Source: Candidatus Eiseniibacteriota bacterium (GTDB lineage: Bacteria > Eisenbacteria > RBG-16-71-46 > CAZAMP01). Taken from it: a stretch of 64,000 nucleotides of DNA. Numbering within the stretch: position 1 is the first letter of the stretch; each line of letters opens with the position of its first letter. The notes under the pieces are model-generated. The model was not told where the DNA came from and searched no databases. It saw nothing but the letters and a program-made list of their open reading frames with translations. The stretch is from assembly GCA_965224245.1 (NCBI GenBank), contig OZ245046.1, positions 3,648,001 to 3,712,000 on the forward strand, in the 5' to 3' direction. Of the stretch, positions 46,998-57,272 are shown piece after piece. A program made the translations under genes and the position numbers.

Positions 46998-48128
46998 ATG
47001 CTGAGCGTGCCGCGTCCCGGGGCGCGCACGGGCGCCGAGCTCGGGGGACCGGGGCACCTCGCGGCCACGTGCCTGCTCCTCGTGAGCCTGGCCGTCGTTC
47101 CGGCGGTCCACGCCGAGGTCGGTCATCCCGAGCGGAGCATCGTGGGCGTTCCCCAGTTCCGGCACTCGTCGGAGACGGGCTACGGGATCGGCGTGAAGGT
47201 GCTGGCCCTGTTCCGGAGCGCGAACGCCGCGCCGCGGGCGCACACGTCGAGCCTGGGTGGATCGATCGTGGTCACCCAGGAGGATCAGGTGTCGGGCTCG
47301 CTGGTGACCGACGTGACGACGCCGGACGGCCGCCTCTCGGTGAAGACACGCTTCGGATATCGCAACATGCCGCAGCGCTTCTACGGGATCGGCCCCGAGA
47401 CGCCCGGCGAGGCCGAGGAGATCTACACTCCGGACCAGACGCGCTTCTACGTCGAGGTCTTTCGCCGCCTGACGCCTCAGTTCGAGGCGGGGCTCCGATA
47501 CGAGTTCGAGAACGTCGACATCTCAGAGATCGAGCCCGGTGGGCAGCTCGCGGCCGGGTCCGTTCGCGGAAGCGACGGCATGACGGTCTCGGGCGTGGGC
47601 TTCCTGACCACCTGGGACACTCGTGACCAGAGCTACGCGCCCTCGACGGGCACCTACGTCGAGACGCACGCGTACGCGTTCCACGACGCGCTGGGCAGCG
47701 AGTACGACTTCCAGAACTTCATCGTGGACGTCCGGCGCTTCTGGTCGCTCTCGGAGCGGAACGTGCTGGGCGCGCAGGTCTTCTGGTACCACGTGTCGAA
47801 GTATGCGCCCTTCGAACGGCTCGCCTCGCTCGGCGGTCGCTCGCACTCGCGCGGCTACCGGCGCGATCGGTACCTCGATCGATCGCTCCTCGCCATGCAG
47901 GCCGAGCTCCGTTTCGCCTGGCGGCCGCGATTCGGTCTGGTCGCGTTCGGCGGCGTCGCCGCGGTGGGACGGAACTTCGGGTACTTCCAGCTCGAACAGC
48001 TACGCCCGATGGTGGGGGTCGGCGCACGCGTGGGGGTGATCCGGCTCGAGCGGGTGAACCTGCGCTTCGACGCCGCGATGGGGCTCGAGACGCCCCGGTT
48101 CTACCTGTCGTTGAGCGAGGCGTTCTGA
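46998..48128 (+). CDS. BamA/TamA (Omp85)-family barrel-only outer-membrane protein
   Basis: FYGIG, WDTRD...P..G, LGG...RGY...RY.D, C-terminal LSEAF. Confidence 0.8.
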   Translation: MLSVPRPGARTGAELGGPGHLAATCLLLVSLAVVPAVHAEVGHPERSIVGVPQFRHSSETGYGIGVKVLALFRSANAAPRAHTSSLGGSIVVTQEDQVSGSLVTDVTTPDGRLSVKTRFGYRNMPQRFYGIGPETPGEAEEIYTPDQTRFYVEVFRRLTPQFEAGLRYEFENVDISEIEPGGQLAAGSVRGSDGMTVSGVGFLTTWDTRDQSYAPSTGTYVETHAYAFHDALGSEYDFQNFIVDVRRFWSLSERNVLGAQVFWYHVSKYAPFERLASLGGRSHSRGYRRDRYLDRSLLAMQAELRFAWRPRFGLVAFGGVAAVGRNFGYFQLEQLRPMVGVGARVGVIRLERVNLRFDAAMGLETPRFYLSLSEAF

Positions 48129-48147
48129 GGCCGTGTTCGCGGTGCGA

Positions 48148-48930
48148 TCAGTCGCGCCGCGCGAACAGCAGCCCCGACCACGTCGCGTCGATGGCCGCGA
48201 TCTTGTAGTCCACGAATCCGGCGTCCAACCCGAAGCGACGCACGTCGGCCTGGGTCACGTCGGTCGGCACGCCGGACGCGCGCTTCGGCCACGCGATCCA
48301 GATGCCGCCGCCGTCGGCCATCGCGCGCGCGGCGGCCGGAAACCGCTCCACGAGATCGGCCAGCGACCTCGCGAACAGGATGACGCGCTCGGCCCGGCCA
48401 CGGGCCTGGCGCCGGACGGTGACGCCCTCGGGCAGCTCGCCGAGCGTCGCCTCGAAGTCGGAGGGTGCGCCGAGAAGGGTGAGCACCGTGCCCGGCCGGA
48501 TGCCGAGCTTCTTCACGAGCGGCGTCTTCCCCTCGAAGTGCGGAGAGGCCGGCACCACGGGGTCGGCGGGGGGTCCCGATGCGATCGCACGGCGGAGGGC
48601 GCCGCGAATGCGTGGCCACGACGTGTAGGTGGCATCGGGAAGCCGTTCCCGCACCCGCGTGACCTTCTCCTCGGCTCCATCCACGAAGATCAGGGGCACG
48701 TGCCGGGTCCCCCGCTGCTGGCGGAACCAGATGCCGCACTCGCGGCCGTGAGACGGAAGCCGGCCGAGGTCGATCACGATGGCGGCCGGTGGCGCGTCCC
48801 GGTGCGCCCGGAGCCCCTCCCCACCCTGGGCGTGATGGATCACCACGACATACCCGGCGTCTCGCAAGCGCGTCGCGCGCTCGCGGGCCTCGGCCCGGTT
48901 CCAGTGGACCAGGAGAACGCGTGACGCCAT
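48148..48930 (-). CDS. Receiver-like domain + DUF3052-like protein
   Basis: KTPLVKKLGI, GGIWIAWPK, VDYKIAAIDATWSGL. Confidence 0.75.
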   Translation of the reverse strand: MASRVLLVHWNRAEARERATRLRDAGYVVVIHHAQGGEGLRAHRDAPPAAIVIDLGRLPSHGRECGIWFRQQRGTRHVPLIFVDGAEEKVTRVRERLPDATYTSWPRIRGALRRAIASGPPADPVVPASPHFEGKTPLVKKLGIRPGTVLTLLGAPSDFEATLGELPEGVTVRRQARGRAERVILFARSLADLVERFPAAARAMADGGGIWIAWPKRASGVPTDVTQADVRRFGLDAGFVDYKIAAIDATWSGLLFARRD

Positions 48931-48990
48931 GCTCGTCTCCTTTCCGCTCAGACGACTCTCTGGGGGAGGTGGCTGGCGGCAGCGGGCTCG

Positions 48991-51867
48991 TCAGTCGCGC
49001 TCCCGCACGCAGGTGACCCAGTGACGGGACTCGACGCCGACCCCGTCGGCGATCTGATGGCGGCAGCTGAAGCCCGGGGCGACGACCACGGCTCCCGGCG
49101 CGCGCTCGCGGAGCGCGGGGAAGAGCCGATCCTCACCGATCCGCATCGAGATGTCGACGTGATCGTAGCCGAACGCACCCGCCATGCCGCAACAGCCGGC
49201 GTCCAGATCCCGAACGCGCACGGGGCCCTCACCCGACGCCGCCGACACGCTCGCGAAGAACCGCACCAGGTCGCCGGTCCCGTACAGCGCCTTCTGATGA
49301 CAGTGCCCGTGCAGCAGGATCTCGTCGGCATCGGTCACGAATCCGCGCGGCGCCGAGGCCACGTAATCGGCGGCGATGGACTCGATCGGACGCACACGGT
49401 CAGCGAGTCGGCGCGCGAGCCCCACGTCGTCCATCAGGTCGGGCAGATCGTCGACGAGCGCCGAGAGACAGCTCGGCTCGCAGACCGCGATCATGGTCCC
49501 GTCGGAGTCGAGCGCCGCCTCCATCGCGCTCAGCGTCGCTCGCCCCCTGGCGGCGGCGTCGCGAAGGAGCCCGTTCGAGATCCGGGGACGCTGGCAGCAG
49601 TGTCCGGCCAGAAGATCCACCGCGAAGCCGAGCGCTTCGAGAAGGTGCACGGCCTCGCGCCCCACGTGCGGCTCGTGGTAGTTGATCGTGCAGTCGCCGA
49701 ACAGGGTGATCCGCCGTGGCGACAGGAAGCCGGGTCCGCGTCGCGCGACCCAGCGTTCCAGGGTCTCCGATGCATAGCGCGGGAGCGGGCGGCGCGGATC
49801 CACACCGGCCAGCCAGGTCGCCATGCGTCGCCCGACGGGGTTGGCCATGGCCGCGTTGGCGATCGACGCGAACGGCCCGGACAGCATCCGGGCCACGTCC
49901 ATCGACGCCCCCACGGCGCGTACCTGTCGCGGCACGCCGCGTGCGTCGTAGCGGGCCTGAAGCGCCTCGCTCTTCAGTCGAGCCATGTCCACCCGGCTGG
50001 GACACTCGCTCTTGCACGCCTTGCAGGACAGGCACAGGTCCAGTGCCGCGTCGAGGCTCGGGTCGCCGAGCCCGGCCATGCCGAGCCGTCCCACCATCGC
50101 CCGCCGGAGCGCGTTCGCGCGGCCGCGGGTCGAGTCGATCTCGTTCCGGGTCGCGATGTAGCTCGGACACATTGTCCCCGGGCCGACCTTGCGGCAGGCA
50201 CCGACCCCGGTGCAGAGCTCGACCGCGGCGCGCACGCCGCCGCCGTCACGAAACCGGAAGTGCGTCGCGATCTCGCCGCGCGGATAGTCCGCGCCGTACC
50301 GGAGATGCCGGTCCATGGGTTCGGCGTCGACGATCTTGCCCGGGTTCATCTTGCCGTCGGGATCGAACAGACGCTTCACGTCGCGAAGGAGGCCGTAGAC
50401 GCGGGGCCCGAAGAACGCCTCCAGCCGTGGGCTGCGTACGAGACCGTCGCCGTGCTCTCCGCTCCAGGCGCCGCCGTACTTCATCACCAGCGCCAGTGTC
50501 TCCTCGGAGATCGTCACCATGCGCTGGATGTCGGCCGGCTCCTTCAGGTCCAGGATCGGTCGCACGTGGATCACGCCCACGCTCGCATGTGCGTACATGG
50601 CCACGTCCACGCCCAGCCGGCGGCACAGCGCGACCACCTCGTCTACGTACGCGGCCAGGTGGTCGACCGGCACCGCGGAGTCCTCGATGAACGCGATGGG
50701 CTTCCGCTCGCCCTCGTAGGTGAGCATGATGCCGAGCCCGTCCTTGCGGACCGACCAGACCTCGGCCTGACCAGCGGCGTCGGTGATGGGGATCAGACGC
50801 CGGCAATGCATCCTCTCGCCGATGGCCGACGCGAAGTCGTGTGCCCTGGCCTCGGCCTCGGCCGTCGAGTCCGCGTAGAACTCGACGATCAGCACGGCAT
50901 CGGGCGAGCCCTCGAGAAACGCGCACCGCGGCGCGATCGTCGGGTGCGAGAGCGCGAGACCGACGAAGTGTGAATCCAGGATCTCCACCGCGGACGGCCC
51001 GTGCGTCAGGAACTCCGGCACGGCACCGATCGCATCCCCGCGCGAGTCGAAGTGCGCGATCACGAGCGACTTCGCGGCCGGGACGGGATCCAGGTTCACG
51101 GTCGCCTCGAGCAGCACGCCGAGCGTCCCCTCGCTGCCGGTGAAGAGCCGGGCCAGGTTCCACTCGTCGGTGTCGACGAACGCGTCCAGCGGGTACCCGG
51201 CCACCCGGCGCATGACCTTGGGGTAGCGCGAACGGATCTCATCGGCGTTCGCGGTCACCAGCGCATGGAACGCGCCGCGGATCTCGGCCTCGCGACCGGC
51301 TCCGTCCGGCGCGCGAAACGCGTCGGACGGCTCGGGCCCCAGCGTCATCTCCGTGCCGTCGTAGAGGAGCACGCGCGCGCCCAGCACGTGGTCGATCATC
51401 TTCCCGTGGACGAGGCTCCGCGTTCCCGACGAGTTGTTCCCGATCATCCCCCCGACGTTGGCCCGGTTCCCGGTGGCGGGGTCCGGCGAGAGGTGGAGCC
51501 CGGTCGGGGCCAGCGCCGCGTTCAGTCGATCGCGCACCACTCCGGGCTGGACCCGCGCGCGGCGCGCCCCGACGTCGATCTCCAGGATGCCGTCCATGTG
51601 TGCGGAGAAGTCGATGACCAGGGCGTGACCGACGCTCTGGCCGCCGAGACTCGTTCCGCCGCCCCGCGGCAGGATGGCCGCCCCGTGGCGGCGGGCCGCG
51701 CCGACGGCGGCCCGCACGTCGTCGTCGTCCAGCGGGGTCACGACGCCGATCGGCTCGATCTCGTAGATGCTCGCGTCGGTCGCGTACGCGGTCCGCGTGA
51801 GGGCGTCGAAGCGGACACCTCCGCGCACCACCGCGTGAAGATCGCGTTCGAGAGATGTGACGTCCAC
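48991..51867 (-). CDS. FAD-linked and Fe-S-binding oxidoreductase (YdiJ/GlcD-GlcF fusion-like)
   Basis: PRGGGTSLGGQ, GGMIGNNSSG, GSEGTLG, SGEHGDG, CTGVGAC, CLSCKACKSECP, HGHCHQ, GCCGMAG. Confidence 0.92.
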   Translation of the reverse strand: MDVTSLERDLHAVVRGGVRFDALTRTAYATDASIYEIEPIGVVTPLDDDDVRAAVGAARRHGAAILPRGGGTSLGGQSVGHALVIDFSAHMDGILEIDVGARRARVQPGVVRDRLNAALAPTGLHLSPDPATGNRANVGGMIGNNSSGTRSLVHGKMIDHVLGARVLLYDGTEMTLGPEPSDAFRAPDGAGREAEIRGAFHALVTANADEIRSRYPKVMRRVAGYPLDAFVDTDEWNLARLFTGSEGTLGVLLEATVNLDPVPAAKSLVIAHFDSRGDAIGAVPEFLTHGPSAVEILDSHFVGLALSHPTIAPRCAFLEGSPDAVLIVEFYADSTAEAEARAHDFASAIGERMHCRRLIPITDAAGQAEVWSVRKDGLGIMLTYEGERKPIAFIEDSAVPVDHLAAYVDEVVALCRRLGVDVAMYAHASVGVIHVRPILDLKEPADIQRMVTISEETLALVMKYGGAWSGEHGDGLVRSPRLEAFFGPRVYGLLRDVKRLFDPDGKMNPGKIVDAEPMDRHLRYGADYPRGEIATHFRFRDGGGVRAAVELCTGVGACRKVGPGTMCPSYIATRNEIDSTRGRANALRRAMVGRLGMAGLGDPSLDAALDLCLSCKACKSECPSRVDMARLKSEALQARYDARGVPRQVRAVGASMDVARMLSGPFASIANAAMANPVGRRMATWLAGVDPRRPLPRYASETLERWVARRGPGFLSPRRITLFGDCTINYHEPHVGREAVHLLEALGFAVDLLAGHCCQRPRISNGLLRDAAARGRATLSAMEAALDSDGTMIAVCEPSCLSALVDDLPDLMDDVGLARRLADRVRPIESIAADYVASAPRGFVTDADEILLHGHCHQKALYGTGDLVRFFASVSAASGEGPVRVRDLDAGCCGMAGAFGYDHVDISMRIGEDRLFPALRERAPGAVVVAPGFSCRHQIADGVGVESRHWVTCVRERD

Positions 51868-52101
51868 GCCCTGCTCCGGGTGGTCCCGCTCGGTCCGGTC
51901 GCCGTAACTCACTCGGCCACGGCCCACTATAGCGGCCCTGCCTCCGCGTGTGCAGAACCAAACGGTATACATCATGACCGCGGGAGGAAACGCAACCCAC
52001 GTTCAACTACACCAGTAGATGACGCCGACCCGTCCCCCTCGCACGGCGCTCCCGCGGATCGCAGGAGACCAGCGGACATGACGACAAGGAGCCTATTCGA
52101 C

Positions 52102-54753
52102 ATGCGCCCGACGCGTCTCGACCCCAGAACCTCGCCGCGGGCGCGTACGCTCGCCATCGGGATCGCCATCGCGCTACCCGTGTCTCTCGCCTCGGTCGTC
52201 CCCGCTCTGGCGGGGTATGCATCGTTCGCGCGCCCCGACGGTGGAGGTGGGATTCCCACCCACGCCAACGGGCAGGCCAGCACCCCGCCATCGGTGAAGG
52301 CCTATCGGCTCTCCGGCGGCGAGACCATCCAGATCGACGGCGCGCTGGACGACGCGGCCTGGGCACGCGCCGAGACCGGCGGCGGCTTCCGGACCTGGGA
52401 TCCCGATCGCGGTCAGCCCGAGAAGGAGCGGACCGCGTTCAAGGTCGCCTACGACGAGCACGCGGTCTACTTCGCCATCGCGTGCTACGAGCACGACCCG
52501 AACCAGATCGCCAGCACGCTCTCGCGGCGCGACCGGTTCTCGAACTCCGACTACGTCAGCGTCCACATCGATCCCTACCACGACAAGACCACCGGCTTCA
52601 GCTTCCGCGTGAACCCGCGCGGCGTGCAGCAGGACGCGTACTACTACAACGACGGCGACACGGACTTCGACTGGGACGCGGTCTGGGAAGCCAGGACCAC
52701 TCGGGATCGGGACGGCTGGTACGCGGAGATCCGGATCCCGCTGGCCTCGATCCGGTACCGGACGACGGTGGACGCCTGGGGTCTCCAGGTTCAGCGGTTC
52801 ATGCAGTCGCGCGGCGAGTCCACGGCCTGGACGGTGTGGGATCGGGACGTCCCGGGATACGTGAGCCAGTTCGGCACCGTGACCGGCATCCGCGACATTC
52901 CGAATCCGCGCCAGCTGGAGGTGATGCCGTACACGGTGCTGCGCAGCACGGACTACGCGGCTCCCGGGTCGGACGAGATGGACGACTTCGAGAACCTGGG
53001 GCTCGACATGAAGTACGGCGTGACGTCGGATCTGACGCTGAACGCCACCTTCCAGCCCGACTTCGGTCAGGTCGAGGCCGATCCGGCGACGTTGAACCTG
53101 TCCCCGTTCGAGACGTTCTACTCCGAGAAGCGCCCGTTCTTCATCGAGGGCTCCCGGTACTTCGAGCATCCCGACTTCAATCTGTTCTACTCGCGCCGCA
53201 TCGGCACCGGCAGCGAGAGCGCACGCATTCGCTACGCGGGCAAGCTCACGGGAAAGACCGCCGGCGACGTGTCTCTGGCCGCGCTCTTCGCATCCACCGA
53301 CGTGACACAGAAGGGGCAGGCCCACAACTTCATCAAGGGCGGCGAGCAGCAATCGAACTACTTCGTGGGGCGCATGGCCAAGGAGTTCGACTCGGGACGT
53401 CACCGCGTCGGCCTCACCCAGACGGCGGTTGCGAACTCGGCATCGCGCGAGGACGTCGGAGACTTCGGCTCGCGCGAGGCGTACACGACCGGCGTCGACT
53501 TCATGTCGCACTTCTCGGGCCGCACGTACCGGCTGGAGGGATCGTTCGTGGGATCGGTGATCGACCCCGAGAAGCTCGCGTCCGCCGAGGACGCACCGTC
53601 CAAGCGATACGGGACGGGCGGCGAGATCGGCCTCCGTCGGCGCGGCAATCTCTCGGCGGGCACCTGGTTCCGATGGGAGTCCGATCGTCTCGATCTCAAT
53701 GACATGGGCTTCCTGAGCGCGCCCGACGAGATGAACTCGGGAGCATGGGTCTCGTACGGCATCAATCCCGACGGCGAGAGCTCGTGGCTCAACCGGGGAA
53801 ACCTGAACGTCAACCTGTACAAGAGCTGGATCTACGGCGACCGGACCGGCTACGACATCCGAACCGGCGAGCAGACGTGGCGGTACTCGAAGGGTCATCG
53901 CGGGTTCGCGAGTGGAAACGTGAACGGCTGGATGCAGTTCACGAACTACATGGAGGCCTGGTGGGGCTTCGACGCGATCGCCGAGGGCACGCAGCGATAC
54001 GAGACGCGTTCCTGGGTCGAGCGCAGCGACGGTAGCTTCGAGTCGATCCCCGGTGGTGGACCGCTCATGACCGAGCCGACCACGTACGGGTTCTGGGCCG
54101 GCTACAACACCGACACGCGCAAGGACCTCGAGGCCTCGATCGAGATCAGCGACTACTGGGACGTGGCGTCCAACTACAGTGCGCGGATCGGACTCGGCGT
54201 GGGCTGGACGCAGTCCGCGGCCATGAACCACGAGGCCCACGTCTCGTACCGGAAACGGATCGACGACACGCAGCACGTCGGCAACTTCGAGTCGACCGAC
54301 GGCGGCGGCATCGGCGGCGTCGACCACGTCTTCGGCAAGATCGACCAGCGCACCGTGGATCTGACGCTCCGGACGAACCTGCTGTTCACGCGAAACCAGT
54401 CGCTCGAGCTGTACGCTCAGCCCTTCATCACGGTCGGCGACTACACCCAGCCGAGGCGTCTGGCCCAGGCCGACACGTACGATCTGGAGGCCTACGAGGC
54501 CGATGGGTTCGACGTCGCCGACAACGACTTCTCGTTCTCGGCGGTCAACGTGAACGCGGTCTACCGCTGGGAGTACCGTCCGGGCAGCACGCTGTTCCTC
54601 GTCTGGGCACACAGCCGGTCGTCGTACGACCAGGCGGCCTTCCACGACGGGTCGCCGGGGGCATTCGACAACGCACTCACCGGCGACGCGCTGTTCTCGA
54701 ACGAGCCGGAGAACACGTTCCTGGTGAAGCTGACGTACTGGCTTCCGATCTAG
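52102..54753 (+). CDS. DUF5916-domain outer-membrane protein with a CBM9-like N-terminal domain (alternative start 52078)
   Basis: IDGALDD..W, W.AEIRIP, PDFGQVEAD, EKRPFFIEG, LFYSRRIG, YRWEYRPGS, KLTYW. Confidence 0.88.
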   Translation: MRPTRLDPRTSPRARTLAIGIAIALPVSLASVVPALAGYASFARPDGGGGIPTHANGQASTPPSVKAYRLSGGETIQIDGALDDAAWARAETGGGFRTWDPDRGQPEKERTAFKVAYDEHAVYFAIACYEHDPNQIASTLSRRDRFSNSDYVSVHIDPYHDKTTGFSFRVNPRGVQQDAYYYNDGDTDFDWDAVWEARTTRDRDGWYAEIRIPLASIRYRTTVDAWGLQVQRFMQSRGESTAWTVWDRDVPGYVSQFGTVTGIRDIPNPRQLEVMPYTVLRSTDYAAPGSDEMDDFENLGLDMKYGVTSDLTLNATFQPDFGQVEADPATLNLSPFETFYSEKRPFFIEGSRYFEHPDFNLFYSRRIGTGSESARIRYAGKLTGKTAGDVSLAALFASTDVTQKGQAHNFIKGGEQQSNYFVGRMAKEFDSGRHRVGLTQTAVANSASREDVGDFGSREAYTTGVDFMSHFSGRTYRLEGSFVGSVIDPEKLASAEDAPSKRYGTGGEIGLRRRGNLSAGTWFRWESDRLDLNDMGFLSAPDEMNSGAWVSYGINPDGESSWLNRGNLNVNLYKSWIYGDRTGYDIRTGEQTWRYSKGHRGFASGNVNGWMQFTNYMEAWWGFDAIAEGTQRYETRSWVERSDGSFESIPGGGPLMTEPTTYGFWAGYNTDTRKDLEASIEISDYWDVASNYSARIGLGVGWTQSAAMNHEAHVSYRKRIDDTQHVGNFESTDGGGIGGVDHVFGKIDQRTVDLTLRTNLLFTRNQSLELYAQPFITVGDYTQPRRLAQADTYDLEAYEADGFDVADNDFSFSAVNVNAVYRWEYRPGSTLFLVWAHSRSSYDQAAFHDGSPGAFDNALTGDALFSNEPENTFLVKLTYWLPI

Positions 54754-55057
54754 CTCCGTGTGAGCGGCGCTCGCCACTCGCGAGCGATGCTCGCCAAACG
54801 CAAACGATGTTCGTGCCTCCTGTCCGCGAGCCGGGGTGGGGGCATGAACCCCTCTGCTCAAACAGTCCTCGCGCGGCCGGGCCCCTCGAAGGGCCGGCCT
54901 GATTCCCTGCGGAACTCGCCGGGGTCCATGCCCCCACCCCGACTCGCTACGTCGGTGGAACGTCACCCGGACATTAGGTCTCGTGCGTGAACGGCGACAC
55001 GTGCGATCGAAGCGAGCACGGCGCCGTGATGGAACCATCGACGCGAGCCGTACCTGA

Positions 55058-55761
55058 TGTCTCGACCTCCTTGCTCTGACGGGCGGGGAGCCGGTGCAGC
55101 TGACGACCGACGGAGGGCGTTGCGCAACGTGGTCTACGGACGGGAGTCGGATCGCGTACCGGTCGACGTCCGTTTGTAGCGGCATTCACGTGATTCCGGC
55201 CGGCGGCGGCATCCCTACGTGCCTGGTGGAGGATGCCGGGGACCGGACTGGTCCGCCGACGGAACCCAGATCGCGGTCTCGTGCTGCAACGAATCGCAGG
55301 TTGCGATCACGCTCGTCCAGCGGTCCGACCCCGGCGTGTGGCAGACCGTCACCGATCCGCCGTCGGGCTACGACATTCAGCCCTCGTGGATGCCCGACGG
55401 GCAGCGGATCGCGTTCACCTCGACCCGATCGGGAAGCTTCGACCTCTGGATGATCGACCTCACCACGGTGGGCGCGCCGCCGGACGCGAGTCCGGGACGG
55501 CCCGGGCTCATGGTGGCACCGAACCCGGCCGACGGCTGGGTGACGATCCGCTTCGCGGCGTCGGCGCTCGAGGCGGGACGCGTGGACATCCACGACGTCG
55601 CCGGGCGGCTCGTGCGCCGCATGACGCTGGATGGCGCCGCGCGCGGCACGATCACGTGGGACCGGCAGGACTCGGGCGGGCGCCGGATCGCGGCCGGCAC
55701 GTACCTGGTCCGTCTGACCACGGACGACGGGCACACGACGCGCCGCGTCGTCGTGCGGTAG
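55058..55761 (+). pseudogene. Truncated TolB/PD40-repeat protein with FlgD-like C-terminal domain, frameshift near 55243
   Basis: WSTDGSRIAY, PDWSADGTQIA, PSWMPDGQRIAFTSTRSG in two frames; in-frame TGA at 55055 and no signal peptide. Confidence 0.65.
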
Positions 55762-55824
55762 ACGCCTCGTCGCTCGCGCCCGGCCCGCATCGGCTCCCTC
55801 CATGGGCCGAGGTCCGGGTGCTCG

Positions 55825-57255
55825 TCAGCGCGCTTTCAGGACGATCAGCTTCTCCTCGGTCATGTCGTGGATGCCGTTCTCGACGCCGCCCATGGCCAGG
55901 CCCGCGTTGCCCCGACCGCCGAACGGCATCCAGTCCACGCGAAACGCGGTCAGATCGTTGATCATGTAGGCGGCCGCCCGCACCTCGCGGGCCGCGTGGA
56001 ACGCGCGGTCGACGTCCTGGGTGAAGATCGACGACTGGAACGGATTCTCCGACGCGTTGACCTTCGCGATCGCCTCGTCGAGCGTGTCGACCGGCTGGAC
56101 GACCACGACGGGTCCGAAGATCTCGTGGGTGATCACGCGGGCGTCCTCGGGAACGCCCCGGAGGATCGTCGTCGGATAGAGCGTCTCGGACGACAGCGCG
56201 CCCCCGAGCAAGATCTCGGCGCCGGCGCTCTTCGCCTCGCCGACCCACTCGTCGACCCGGGTCACCTCGGCCTTCTCGATCAGCGCGCCGACATCGGTGT
56301 CCGCGTCGCGCGCGTCACCGCACACGAGCTCCGACGCGGCCGCGCGGAGGCGCTCGGTGAACGCCGGCTCGATGGACCGCTCCACGTAGAGCCGCTGGGT
56401 CGACACGCACACCTGCCCCGCGTGATAGTACGATCCGCGAGCGATCAGCGGCATCGCGTGATCCAGATCGGCGTCCGCGAGCACGATGCTGGCCGCGTTG
56501 CCACCGTGCTCGGCGGCCATGCGCGTGCCGTCCGCCGCCTCGCGACGGATGCGCCAGCCCATCTCGGCCGAGCCGATGAACGTGATGAAGTTCACGAGCG
56601 GGCTCGACACCAGCGCACCGGCGCGACGACCGGGCACCGGCAGGACCTGCAAGACCCCCTCGGGCAAGCCCGCCTCGCGCATCATCTCGCCGAGCTCGAG
56701 CGAGCACATCGGCGTGGACGAGGCCGGCTTCAGGATGCACGTGTTCCCCGCCGCGATCGCGGTTCCCGCCTGGTGACAGGCCAGGTTCAGCGGATGGTTG
56801 AACGCGCAGATCGCCAGCACGACCCCGATCGGCTCGGGAACCGTGAACGCGATGCGGTTCTCGGTGCCGGGGGCGCGCTGCATGCTCCACTGGCGGCCCT
56901 CGAGTCGTTCGGCCACCGCCGCGCACTCGTCCAGGGTCACGGCCGCCCGTGTCACCTCGACCTTCGCGTCCTTCAGAGGCTTGCCGCCCTCGGCGGCGAT
57001 CAGCGCGGAGAGCGCGTCGTGACGCTCGCGGATGAGCACCGCGGTCCGCCGAAGGATCGCGGCACGCTCCCAGGCCGGCACCTTGCGCCAGCTCGCGTCC
57101 TGGATCCGTCTTGCGGTCTCCAGCGCCACCGGCAGCGCGGCGAGTGGCGCGAGCTCGACCTCGCCCACGACCTCACGTGTGAACGGCGTCTCCACGGGCA
57201 GCATCTCGGGCTCGGTGGACTCGTAGTCCGGGATGCTCAGTCGGTAGCTCTTCAT
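55825..57255 (-). CDS. Aldehyde dehydrogenase (possibly succinate-semialdehyde dehydrogenase)
   Basis: AFNHPLN, LKPAS, FIGS, EHGGNA, AGQVCVS, EIFGPV, MPFGG. Confidence 0.93.
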   Translation of the reverse strand: MKSYRLSIPDYESTEPEMLPVETPFTREVVGEVELAPLAALPVALETARRIQDASWRKVPAWERAAILRRTAVLIRERHDALSALIAAEGGKPLKDAKVEVTRAAVTLDECAAVAERLEGRQWSMQRAPGTENRIAFTVPEPIGVVLAICAFNHPLNLACHQAGTAIAAGNTCILKPASSTPMCSLELGEMMREAGLPEGVLQVLPVPGRRAGALVSSPLVNFITFIGSAEMGWRIRREAADGTRMAAEHGGNAASIVLADADLDHAMPLIARGSYYHAGQVCVSTQRLYVERSIEPAFTERLRAAASELVCGDARDADTDVGALIEKAEVTRVDEWVGEAKSAGAEILLGGALSSETLYPTTILRGVPEDARVITHEIFGPVVVVQPVDTLDEAIAKVNASENPFQSSIFTQDVDRAFHAAREVRAAAYMINDLTAFRVDWMPFGGRGNAGLAMGGVENGIHDMTEEKLIVLKAR

Positions 57256-57272
57256 GTTTCGACTCCAGACAC

